A stretch of DNA of 48,995 bases, filler included, from Sphacelaria rigidula (Eukaryota), in NCBI GenBank assembly GCA_964200075.2. It is 3 parts of 3 records of this genome, joined end to end, with 100 filler letters (N's around TTAATTAATTAA, not from the genome) between each part and the next. Parts side by side here need not be neighbours in the genome. Positions count along the whole stretch, not along the records: positions 32,734 to 48,995 come from CAXNAA020001419.1; 2 more parts are not named here. One strand, written 5' to 3'. This document shows, one piece after another, positions 33,917-46,000 of the stretch; the stretch's first letter is position 1; each line of letters starts with the position of its first letter. A program made the position numbers and the translations under genes. The notes beneath the pieces were generated by a model. It did no database searches. It was not told where the DNA came from and was given only the letters and a program-made list of their open reading frames with translations.

Positions 33917-36697
33917 GGGTGGAGGGGTGGACAAAAACAACAGAAAAAGGGGTGAGGTTGGAAGCCTATGGGGTAGGTTACTTGTGGTGATCCAAGGCAA
34001 AGCTCCATCCAAACCTCATTACCTTCGAAACGCGCAGTTGGTACATCACATCAAGGCCAAAAGAAATCGATTGGTCAGGCCAACTCGACACGATCAGGGA
34101 ATGAAGTAGGCTTGTGAAAAGAAATAGGGAGGCCAATGGAATGAACCAGAACAACCAAGACGTTGTTTATCTTGGCACTAGTACTGTCGATCTCAGCAAG
34201 CACGGTGCCCACCAAACACGATAATTCAAACAAGGAGGATCACGCAGGGTGAGGGGCTGAGACTAGGGTAACATACGCGTGGTCGCTTTCGGTTCAAGCA
34301 TTAACATACAGCATATCAGTGTAGTAGCGCAGCAGTAGCCTATACCTCAACAGAAGACTGCGCGTCAGGACGGGGGGATACAAGCCCACGATGGTAGACA
34401 CGGCATTGAGGTAGCGGCCCTTAGCCCCCGCCTGCCCCTCTCGCCCCATTGACATCAGCCGTTCCGTTACTTTTCGAAGAAGCCATTGTCCGTCCTCGGC
34501 CTGGCAAAAAAAGAGAGAACGGAAAGCGGAAGAGAAAATGCATTTTTCTGTGTTTTATATACGATCACATACGAAGAGTAGAACTCAAGACAGCATCGCG
34601 ACAGGGGTGGATGGGAGGGGGGCAGGGGTGGATGGGAGGGGAACAGAAATGAGGAGGGTGAAAAACGAAATGATGAACATCATGGCAAAAAGAAAAAAAA
34701 TCGATTGCCGACGTGAAGAACCACGACCCCTGTAAACGGGGGAAGCAAACAAAAAAAAATGATACAAATCACACAAAATCAATGATGCAAACTATGGACA
34801 AACTCAGACAAAAACAACGGCCAGCACGGAAATAGATATGGCCACGACCTGGGGAAAAGACTGTAGGGAGGAACTTCAACTACGGAGGGAAACCTACGGA
34901 TGGGGACGTGCGGGGTAGCGCAACGATGGAAATGTCGAGTGTGACCGAGAATCGTACATGAAAAGGGTCCAAACATCTTCTCATCATAATCCGGTCGTGG
35001 CAATAGCATACATGATGCCGCGGCACCACCTTGGTCTGCCTGTTATATCTCAACATCATGTGGGGCGAAGTAAGGGGTTCGATTCCTAAAAGATACAACA
35101 CTATACGATATTTCCTCAGGAGTATCCTGTTTTCTGTCGTTGAAAACATGAGAGGATGCGAAGCCGAAACAAAATGACAAGGGTCGAGGCGTTGGGGAAG
35201 TATTGATCAAATCTGTGATGACAAAATATCTAGATTTATGTCTCGGTGGCACTACACGATATAATTTATATCGGAGATCGGCGAAGTCGATATGCCGCAA
35301 AAATATCGGTATGTACCGCAAAAATGTCGGGGAGAGGAGGGGGCACGCCGTCGGAGACAGAACCATTGGGACGCTTTCACTTCATCTCTCACCAAAGTTG
35401 GCCCACGCTGGAGAACACCCTCATCCCACCAACTCTCGGTTGACCTATGGGTCCGATTTTTGGATGTTCGATACACTGCATACGGAGTGATAGCATCAGA
35501 TATATCCGAGCCCGTACATGACCGCAAAAATATCAGGCAGGTCAAGGTATCGGGGAAGAAACGGGTGGGCCCTATGGGGCTACAAATTCATCCGAAGCTG
35601 ACGGGGTTTTCCAACATATGACGAAAATAAGGAACAACGTATGGTTGTATAACAAAACGATTCCGCTCATCCTGGAAACTAACTTCACGTATGCGTTGAA
35701 GGTGATAAGCTCATGAGACCAGCCTTTTGCGTCAAGACAAACGCAGTTAAAGCTCAAAATCTTGTGGGGTCGAGTTGTTCCGAAGGTCAGCGTCACGAGG
35801 CTTGTCGTCGTGGCTAGTGCTGGAGTCCTTAGCCTCGGCCTGTCGTCCATCAATTAGTCCTGAACCTCGGACGTGCCACCACTCATCTAAGGACTATATC
35901 CGCGGTGACTTCTATTTCCACTTCATGCACTCGCCGGTGGAAGTCATGGTACATTATCTTTCGCTGGGCTACGCACCACATTGCTGCCCCGCAGTAGAAG
36001 TGCGCTACATGAGAATTCACGACACTACCTACCTTGCATTAGGCACAAAACTGCTGCTTCGCTGCTTGATCATCTGCTGGACTTGTGACTGACAGAGAAG
36101 CATAGGAAAGCCGCCGAAGCACTTTTACCGAGCAATATATCAGCTACCTCTCACGTACCTCGCACTATTGTACAGTATTGTAATATGAATATTGGCTCTC
36201 TCACCATGCACAACCTACCTTCATCAAGAACACAGGGTAAACTATACGCACTTTTACGTCCGCTTCAAAGTACAAAGACGCAGCAATCACTTCTTAGACC
36301 CAAGCGCCATCTCGCACGAAGCAAAGCGAAGCTTCACTGAACCCCCACCCACGAGACTGATTCGGAGGATTTAAGACCAGTCCGGATTTAAAACAGTCGT
36401 TTTCCTTCGATGAGAATCATTCCTCTCGCACCTTGCCCACGTTGTGCACCACCCAAAGCATTACATACGGCAAGAACGGTTCAGGAGGGTTTCAGGTAAT
36501 ACCAGGTAAACTGGAGCACCGTCACTATGTCTCCTCTTCCGGGGGTCACAGCAGAAACGCTGAGTACCCCGATGGTTACATGCACAGGCAGCAAAAAACA
36601 AAAAAGACAGTGACCTCCTCGCTAGTCAGCAGCAGCAACAATCTGCAAAAATGCTTGAAATATCTCAGCCGACAGACAGCCAGTCATCTGTTAAAAC

Positions 36698-37067
36698 CTC
36701 TGAAGGAAACAAACCCGAATCAGCTGTCACAGCACCAGCCACACACGAAAAACAATCGCGTTCACTGGTGAGGGCACGCGGATACACTGATGTCACTCTC
36801 AACATGACTGAAATAGACCTGCGCCGAACGTCCAGCACACCCCTTATTATCAAGGGCCGCAACGACGAGTTTCTTGCCTGACACTGGGCGCAGAGATCTT
36901 CTCCGGGGGGCAAGCCTCCGCCATCCTTGAGCCACGCCACGTGCCTCAATGCCATTGCTAACAGCTCTGTACCTGTCTCGAAAGTGTTCTGCGTCCGGAG
37001 TGCCATCGGGGACCAAAGGATATTGCGACAAGGACCCCGAGGGCGGAAAATGGGGCGGCTAAGAAAT
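36698..37067 (-). CDS. PRKDC: PRKDC exon (boundaries uncertain; possible small exon at ~37151-37206 upstream)
   Basis: ILWSPMALRTQNTFETGTELLAMALRHV (cf. [28 protein letters not shown]) and VMLRVTSVYPRAL lie in one frame. Confidence 0.7.
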
Positions 37068-40000
37068 CTGAACACATCCAAATGCAGTGTACGGGACAAA
37101 GTCGCCAGGCGTGTGTGCTACACATTTCAATTTTGCGATGGAAGGCTAACCGACCTTCTTTGGTTTGCAATGGATCCACAGGAAGCGACCAAGCGGACTC
37201 GTTTCTCTGCGTGTAAACTGGAATCGTAAACGGCGCTACAAATTTGTCTCTAAGGAGATAAAAACGAGTGACAGAAGCTGCGTTAGGGCAGGGGCATACT
37301 GGAAGATAGAGGGTGGCCACGACCGTTTCTCTCGGGACGAGTGTGGACACCGAAGCAACAGAACATATGCTGGAAGGCGCATCGAAAAAAGGCGTACGCT
37401 GACGTGAAGTCATACCTTTTGGACGTAGGAAAGACAGGCCGCGGGGAGGGTGCGGGCAAGGCTATCCGCCGCATCAACGCTCTTGACAAGAACGGGAACA
37501 CGCTGCAATGGTTACACGCGACGGGGCAGGGGCCAAAACCAAAACACGCGAAAAACAAAAGATTTCGTGAGATTGAGAGTAGAGCGCTGATTGAGAATGG
37601 CTCTTATCATTCGCTTCAACTTAGCCAATTTTTCATTTCGTGTGTGCTTTTCATTGCCCATATCACTGGCGTGTGCTTACAGCTACACGTCTATATCGTA
37701 CTCAGGGATATCAAGGGCCTCGGTGGCAAGCCACGATAGAACGCATAAAAATGGGCCTCCTGGAGAGGCATTTCGGAACTGGAGGGATTTATCCACTTAT
37801 TAACCGCTTCTCACTGCCAATCGTATCCTCTACTGTCAATCTCACGAAAACGTTGTTGAAAGTAAGTGGAAACACGTGGCCATACATACTTTTTTCACCA
37901 ATGATCTCATACTGACTCATCCTTGAATGATCTTCAGTACACCCTACAATGCGTTCACGATGAGCTACATAGTAGGGTTATTCACGTCCGTACTCGGGTT
38001 TCAGCCCACGTGGGTCGCACATCACATGAAAGAGATCAGAAAAAATGGACAAAAACGAAGGTCTCTTCTATTCATGGACATTTAGTTGTGAACTCAATTT
38101 GGTCATTATCCAAGCAGTCAGGGGAAAAGTGCGAACTCCAGGTGCTCATCTTCGGGGAGTCACCGTGCAAGCTCAAGTACACATCAATATTAGGAAGGCG
38201 GATATCCGTGTTTCGGGTGAAAATTTTGAGAGCGACCCTCGGGTCGTGGATGCACAATGCCACATCCTTCCTCATGAGGTACGTGCTTGTGCACCGCGCC
38301 GTTCAGCGGCGAGTGCAGAAATTGTGCACTCAGCTGCTCTCCTGTGCTGCACCGTACGGCAGCTGTACAAAATAACATGTGGTTCAATTTCGCGGTCTGT
38401 TCTACCCTTTGTATCGCGTTTCCATCATGATCCATTTCTTTAACGAAGACGTTTGACAGAACGAAATGAACACCAACATCTGCACCTCGCTGGATGGGTA
38501 GCGGGCAGGGACATCCACCTCAGGAAATCATGTTTGGTCGAGCAGTTTTCCAGTGCATGCTGATCATTACTACCGGCACGTATCTGCCCCGAAAAACAAA
38601 ATCACCCGGTTGGGAACACACGCCCTTTTTTTCTGCGAAGTTTTAGATAAACGTGCGCGCCAGTGTTAGGGAGAACGAAAATGTCCACAAATCTATAATT
38701 CGTGTATTATTTTATATCGCCGTTCGACTCTTAGACTGGTTCATTCCCCATAGAAATACGATATGTGGCACCACCGAAACACTCTTGCTTCCAAAAATAA
38801 TCTGCACGCCGAACGGAAATACATGTCAACGGCGGGAACCATGACAGATGACCTATTGGGTAGTGGATCTGAGTTGTGGTAAATAAAGGCTTCATCAACA
38901 TGAGTAAGACTCACCCGTCGGCTAGTGTACTTGGCCGATTTCCTTCGTGTTTGCAACATTTTAATTTTTTTGTCACACTCCGAACCGCTCCCTTCCTCTT
39001 CAGACGAGTCCATGATCTCAAGGGACCAACCCATCTCTCCCCCTCAAACGCCTTGCATTTTGGTCTCACAGCGCCATTCAACTACTATTTGTCTATTCAC
39101 GTGCATTCGCCTGCGATGGTGAGAATCAGATACTTTGAAGAAAAACCCAACGCATCGGGCAGGAATTGAACCAACGTTTTCCTTCAGTGGGCCACAGGGG
39201 CGCACATGACGAAACAATCGAGTTTGTCTACCTCAAGCATACATACCCTCAGGAAAAGGACGCCCAGGAGATTAAGTCCGGCGAGGATAGTATGCTTTGC
39301 TCTTGCACCGCTACTTTCCTTGCTGCGCAACAAAAACAGGGGGCAAAAACCCAAAACAACACAAAACAAAACAGAAGCAGATAGATACAACAAACGGTTT
39401 TAACGGACGACGAAGACATGCGAGAGACTTTACAGCACGAAGCACGACAAAACTGCCATCAGCGGATCGTACCCCTCAGCATCCGACTGAGCAGTAGACG
39501 AGGCGCGCAAACGCGCAACCGATAAACGGAGAGACAACAAATGTACTCGAAGCACGCCAACACGCCGCATTTGCCCCACATCTCTCGACAAGGACAAATC
39601 CGACAGGTACGTTGGGTGGCACTCGAAAAGAAGTGGAAACGCAATTGCAGGGGAGGGATGAAGTACGTAGCGCATGTGCTACGAAGCACAACAGCGCTGA
39701 CGTCATGAGAGCGGGATGATCACGGGAAATCCCGCTTCCTGGCCGATCCCCACTCGGGGGGCGGACAAGGCGGCAGCGACGGAAAAAAACAAACCGATTA
39801 CTGAAACGAAGACAACACGAGTTGAAATTATACGAACTTTCCACGCGGGTAGCTGACCTAAGATCCCGTCGAGAAATTTAGAAATGGCGAGAATTTAGGC
39901 GTTGGAAAAAACAGCTTCATTTCCATTTTTGGAAATGGGAAATGAGTGAAAAACGGAGAAATCAAGGGAGAAAAAAAAAGAATAGCTACGGTACAGATCC

Positions 40001-43000
40001 TGTCGGTCATTCCTTACGGGCCTTACCTGGCATGCGCGCCTCCCGTGTGTCCTTCTCTGACCCCCAGCATGTCGACTATGCACTGCAGGTTTAATCGTAG
40101 ATCATTCCTTGTTGCAAAGCGCTCCTCGCCTACGGTCGGTACGGTCGCGCACGTATTTGTTTGAATCTTGCACTTGTTTGCCAACAAGCGTTGGGTGATG
40201 GCGGGAAGAAACAAACATGGCGTGAAACAAAAACGACGTATTCTCAAAGAAACAAGAACTGTACTGTACTGTGCCGTACATCATTGATCATATCTGCGCG
40301 AAGTCGGGTCATAGACCGACGGTCCATGCAAACTGCTCCGAGTGTTGGGTTGCGGACAGTCCCACCTGCAACACCGTCGACACTAGAGAACTACATTGCA
40401 TAGACGTAGATGAACGCAAGTGGGCGCACACAAGGACTTCTATGTAGAATGAGAAGCGCACCGATAAGACCAAACATGAACTATTTCGAACAGCAGTACC
40501 CCAAGCGTCGCGCTTATTGACAGCAAACTAGGGCGCTGAGTGCGTGAAGAGCTACAATAGTGTCGGACCCCCTTCACCGTTGAAGCTAACTTTGCGATAT
40601 CGTTTTTGTGGATTACTGAAAAGGGAGATATAAATAGATACCGTCTTATCATCCGGCTATATTGACTCTGATTCCTGCCACGAAACTATATCTAAGCTAC
40701 GGCAGTTTCATGTGATTAAAAAATGAATGCAGCACTGACGCTGATTTACGTACCCACGTATCACCTTGTGGCCACGGAGCTCTAAGCATACTTCCCCGCG
40801 ACTAGGGCCGAAAGGTCATAAGAGAAGGGCGGCGCGTGCACTGCGTAAGCATACTTCCCCGCGACTAGGGCCGAAAGGTCATAAGAGAAGGGCGGCGCGT
40901 GCACTGCGTCAAAAGTTGACAGGGGGGTTTGGTGAGTTGAATCCCAACACCGCCTCGAGCGAAGCTTTCCACACCCTGGATCATGACAATATATGGTCAA
41001 TAGATGCAATAGACAAAGAGTGTACTGGGTAAAATATAGACATATTGCAACTATCGCCAGCCGTCAATAGTTGCAATAGGCCTATACTTTATCCAGTACA
41101 TATTTTGTCCATTGCATCTATTGAACATGTATTGTCATTATCCAGGGTGTGAAGCTTCCCGAACGCTCGAGGCGCCTACCCCCACACGACTGCCGTGAGG
41201 CGGTCTAGCCGAGTCTCTGGGTAATTGGCACACAAAACCGCATGCGGGGTAAGTGTTGGGTGAGGTTTCTTGCTCCCTTCAAGCGGGGAAAACAAAAAAC
41301 GTGGCGACGAGTAACCGTTCTGTTCCGAAAATACATCATCAGCGCGCAGGCTGTAACAGGTTCAACACTTGGCGAGAATCAGGTAACGACCAGGGAGAAC
41401 GGATGGAGTGTAGCGTGATTGAGTCAGTTCCCGCGCAGAGTGGGGATAGCTAAGGCGACACTACCTACCAGGGGTAACCAATGAGAAACTCCATGGTGCT
41501 ACCTACACGTGCGGAGAGGATGGCCTGAGATGCCTCGATACAGCCTCACAAGCCCCGCCTGTTTGGCCGAAGGGTTGGGCGTACAGGATACTGCAAAAAA
41601 GGAGATGAGGAATGCGAGCAATAGTGCTCAAAGAGGGGGAAGAATGCCAGTAATGTTCGTCGCGCTTTCAACCCCTACCGTTCCTCGGGGCGAACCCGCT
41701 ATTTCAAGGAATCAATCCATCTCTCCTCCTATATGTCGCACATCCCTTGCATGTTGGTCTCGTGAAACTGGATCCGTACTGCCGAACCGCGTCAACTCTC
41801 GTCAAAGCAACACAGCCAAACTCGTTTTGCTATTCACGTACATCCTGGTGCTTTCAACGGCGGAAATCAAATAATTCCCCCTCCCAAGAAAACTGGCAGG
41901 ATTCGAACCCGCGTTCTTTCTACCCTGATGGTGTCCGTTGCACCACTTCAATTTAGACCACCAGGGGGCGGCGGTGATATAAGAGATCATTGAGTTATCC
42001 CGTTGTCCGCTGAGGAAGACACACCCTGTTCACACGGCGGCCACCAATAAATGATAATGATAATATTGTAACTTGTTGAGGTGCCGATCACTTCCTCGAG
42101 TTGCATCCCGCTTCGCTCGCCGCTATTACCAAAACCAGTGAATACTATTCACTATTTCAGGAGGGAAATGACTATTCATAATCGTAAGATATAACCAAAA
42201 CAAAACTTCAACCCTCATCATAACGTTTCGAAGCACAGACCAGATGTAAATTCCACCCTGAACTCTCTACTTTCATTCACGGAACACCCACAAGGCCAGT
42301 AAAATCCTTCTTACGTATGTATAGGTGATCATCTTTCACGTCTCAGTCTACTGCGTCGTTCTGTTCGATTTTTTCGGTTCCTTCTTCTCCAGCGAGTGTT
42401 TCAGCTTTATTTTTTCTCAGGGACGTACACCATGCGACCACGGGTGGATCCCTGGGGGATCACATAAAGTGCGACAATCTTTCGACCAAATGAATCAATC
42501 ATTTTTCTCATTCTTTTCATTTAGAAAAACGACACATTTAGCAGAGAACTACAAATTCGCACCTTGCTCTCGGTCCATGGCATCTACTGCCTCTGCGTCG
42601 CCATGATCAACGTCAAGCGTTGGGTCACCGAATAGACCGATCAAGCCCGTCACGAGCTCCATATTCGCCCTGAGCATCGGATTTCTGCCCTCGGGATAGC
42701 TGCACACCGACATGAGGTGCGATACCTGCCCGCGTGCGTCAACGGCAAGGAAACAAATAGTTTCAAATGCCTGTCAACCGCAAATGTTGTTACCGCTATT
42801 TTTCATGTATCACCTACCCATACATTGCTTGGCAAGTGTCGTTCATCGAAGCAGGCCATTCAAAACGGTATCGAGCTCCATGTTTTCCCCCAGGGCGAGG
42901 TCTTGTGATCCTCAGAGTAGGATAGCAACGACATAACACATGGTATCTGACCCACACGGGGGAGGGCGGAGGGAGTGAACAAACAAGCGTTCACACACAC

Positions 43001-46000
43001 ACCATGTGGCACAACATCGTAGATGACGGGATACATCCCTCCCCCCCCGCTCCCGACTACTGTAGTTTTTCAATGTCGGTTCTCTCATTAAGGGCGGTGG
43101 CAACGCCGTCAACAGTTTTCTCGCTGTGAATATCTCGAGATCTTCGAGCAAGCGGGATATCTTAGTGCGGGAAGGCTTCTTGATGAAGAAATACGAGCAA
43201 AGGCTTGAATATTCACCATCTACGAGCATGGGTGTAGTACTCCGTCACCCTGGGATAAATAATAGGTCTTGCTTACAGGAGAATTGGGTGATTGAAGCCA
43301 CTCATTACGGTGTGTATGCGTGACATGATTCCACAATAGGATCGCTCACGAGCTCCCTAGAACAACTAATCAACGAGGATTCTCAGATCCGTCGGTGAAA
43401 AATACAAGACACGTGATCACGGGGTCAGAGAAGTCAAAGCGCAACCTCTGCGCTATTTCGCGTGCTCGGCGTCTAGCGCTGTAGCGAGCAAATAGGGGAA
43501 CGGGGTCAAATGAGCTACATCCTTATCCGGACGTGTACACTAACAAGTGGCAATATTTGGATAGCACATGAGGTGCCCGACCTCTACAATATTCCGTATC
43601 TGTCCCCTACAATACTGCAAGATGGTTCCTCGCAAGCGCCCCACGTCATTTCTATTTTTTGGTCGCCGGAGAGTGCTGTATGTCGTCCAACTGCGGCACA
43701 CGGCGAGCTTCTTTCATATCCCGGCAGCCACAACGGGCAACCCAAAACCTGCACATCGCTCCGCAGTTATACAGCCGCCACTTCAAGTCAGATTCACGTC
43801 AATCCCGAAAGGTTGTTGTTGTTGTTGTCTTCACATCGGAAGCGGTTCGATACTCGGTACTGGGCATCTGATTCGGACGCCTTCCAAGGTCACAGGGTAA
43901 CTACATAAACTAAGGTACAAGGAAACAAAATAAAAATGAGATCGGACTCGGAAAATTTACACAGACGCGATAAAAAAAAAAGAGAATAAAAAAAAAGTGG
44001 CTGTACCAAACCTTTATTACGTTCTAGACAAAAAAAAAACACTGTACAACCAATGAAGCGCCGACAACAAAGTTCATGGGATACGAAAATACAGCTGAAC
44101 TATACACGACACAGGAAAATGCAAACACAAAAAAGCGACGAGCAATTGAGTGCTGCTGCACAAATCCTGACGTCTCACCAGTCGGTTGCCGACGTCTAAC
44201 AAGGGCTGCCCAGCCACTCCTTCCGTCACCCCTTCACTGGCCCTTCGACGTTCCTCCTTTCTTTTCTCTCTAATAACGCCGCCCCAACCGCTGATGTTCG
44301 AAATAACAAAATGACGGCATGTGTACAGATTGGGGCGGGCGGGAGCGAGCGGGCGGGGGGGATGAGAACGGTCTGATGACACCAGCACAAGAATGTCAGT
44401 CCTACACCAGACGGACAGAAGTCGTGTAAAGACGGCATCACAAAGTTTTGTAGCTTATTTCTACAGGTATCGAGTGTCAGCGGAACGGTAGTAATTGGAA
44501 GGCATCGAGCAAAAACAAAATACGAAAGAGCGAAGGGGTATGTTCATGAGTAGCTTCAAAAGCACCTCAAGAGGATGGTCAGTGGTCGGGACAAGGGGAA
44601 ACGCAAGTTGCGACTACCCGATACCTGAACGATAGTGATGCTCGGGAATTTTCGCGCACGCAGTGAACGCCGTACCATACCTTTTTGTGTCCCAAAAAAG
44701 GCATGCAAGCGGTAAAAACAGTTTCCACGGTGGTCGAGGTCGACACGTTGTGTCGACTAATATCGCCAACGCCTTTTGAGAGTAGAGGTCCCTCGTAGTA
44801 TCTCACTTCCACTATTCCTTGTGTTTGCAGCATATCTATAGAATTCTAGGAAACGCTGTATCTCCTCAGGAAGGGCGACAAATATACATTCAAATCAATG
44901 TCTTGCCTGCACAATGAGAACATCGCTGACCCATGTACGCGCAGGGTGAAACTCGGAAAATACTCCTTCTCTTGGTCGCTTCGCCCTAGAAGCTGCCCAG
45001 AAATAGGCGACAGTGAACGATCAATCAGCACAACAAAATCATTTTCGTTCGATAGGAAGATTACAACAAAATCATGTTTCATTCGATAGTCCCGCGCCTA
45101 CAGGGTCACCTCTTCACATCGAGGAGCACGTGCGAGAAGTCTCGAAGCAGATAGTGCAGCCCCTCCTCGCCATCCCGGCTGTTGTCGACGATCAGCATTC
45201 ACAGCATAAGAAGGAGCATGTCCCACGAGAACGAAAAAAAAGCGTACATCAGAGTGGATCGAGTGTATCAACTCATCGGAAGAAGGTACTCACTGGTTGG
45301 TATTGCTCAGATTGACGGGTCCACTACAAATTTATTTGCGCCCGCGAGGTGGGCGTACCCAAGATTAAAAAAACGGAACGTCGCGTTGTCGAGGCAAAAG
45401 CCGAGTAGAAAGAACGAACGCCGAGAGCCGGAGAAACGGAGCAATCAAGACAAAATAGAGGGACAGAGAGCGGTAAGCTGGGCTATATGTTACCAACAAG
45501 TAACACCCGAGAGCGTCCGTAGATGCTCCCTGTTACGCCCTCCGCCGGTTCTCCTGAAGGCCATATACAAGGACTGGTTCGAAGATAGCAAAACTGTAAG
45601 GTGGGCGCGCTACGGCGTTGCGATTCAAAGTGTGTGGTGTACTGACATGCTGACGTTTCCGCCCGCAGCAGGCGCTCACAAAACAAAGCGCCATTCCCCT
45701 TATCCTCACAGACACTTCGGAAGCACCTTCGGAAGAGAACTGTACCGCAACGCTTTCGAAGCACACGGGCAGGGTCGGCCATCGCAATGATCCAACGCGC
45801 TGCACATGACGTTGGCGCGTAACCTATCTTCACGTACTCAGTAGCCTTCTCTCTTCAAAAAACCATACTATCATGCAAAGGGTGTGTTGGATAGGGTAAG
45901 TACCCGGTGCTCTCCCGAATGTTCGGATATTCGCTCTCTCGAGTTTCGTGTTGCAATGATCCGATCTCCAAACTCTACGCGAATATCGGGTAAACGTTAG

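Noticed and set aside
36927..37915. Frameshifted transposase or viral gene on the + strand
   Set aside because: The ORFs are the antisense of PRKDC exons plus a non-coding dispersed repeat; no catalytic motifs are visible.
42560..43230. Harbinger-type nuclease remnant (DHKTSPWGK-like)
   Set aside because: The coding-like part is a PRKDC exon, and the remaining resemblance is too short to support.
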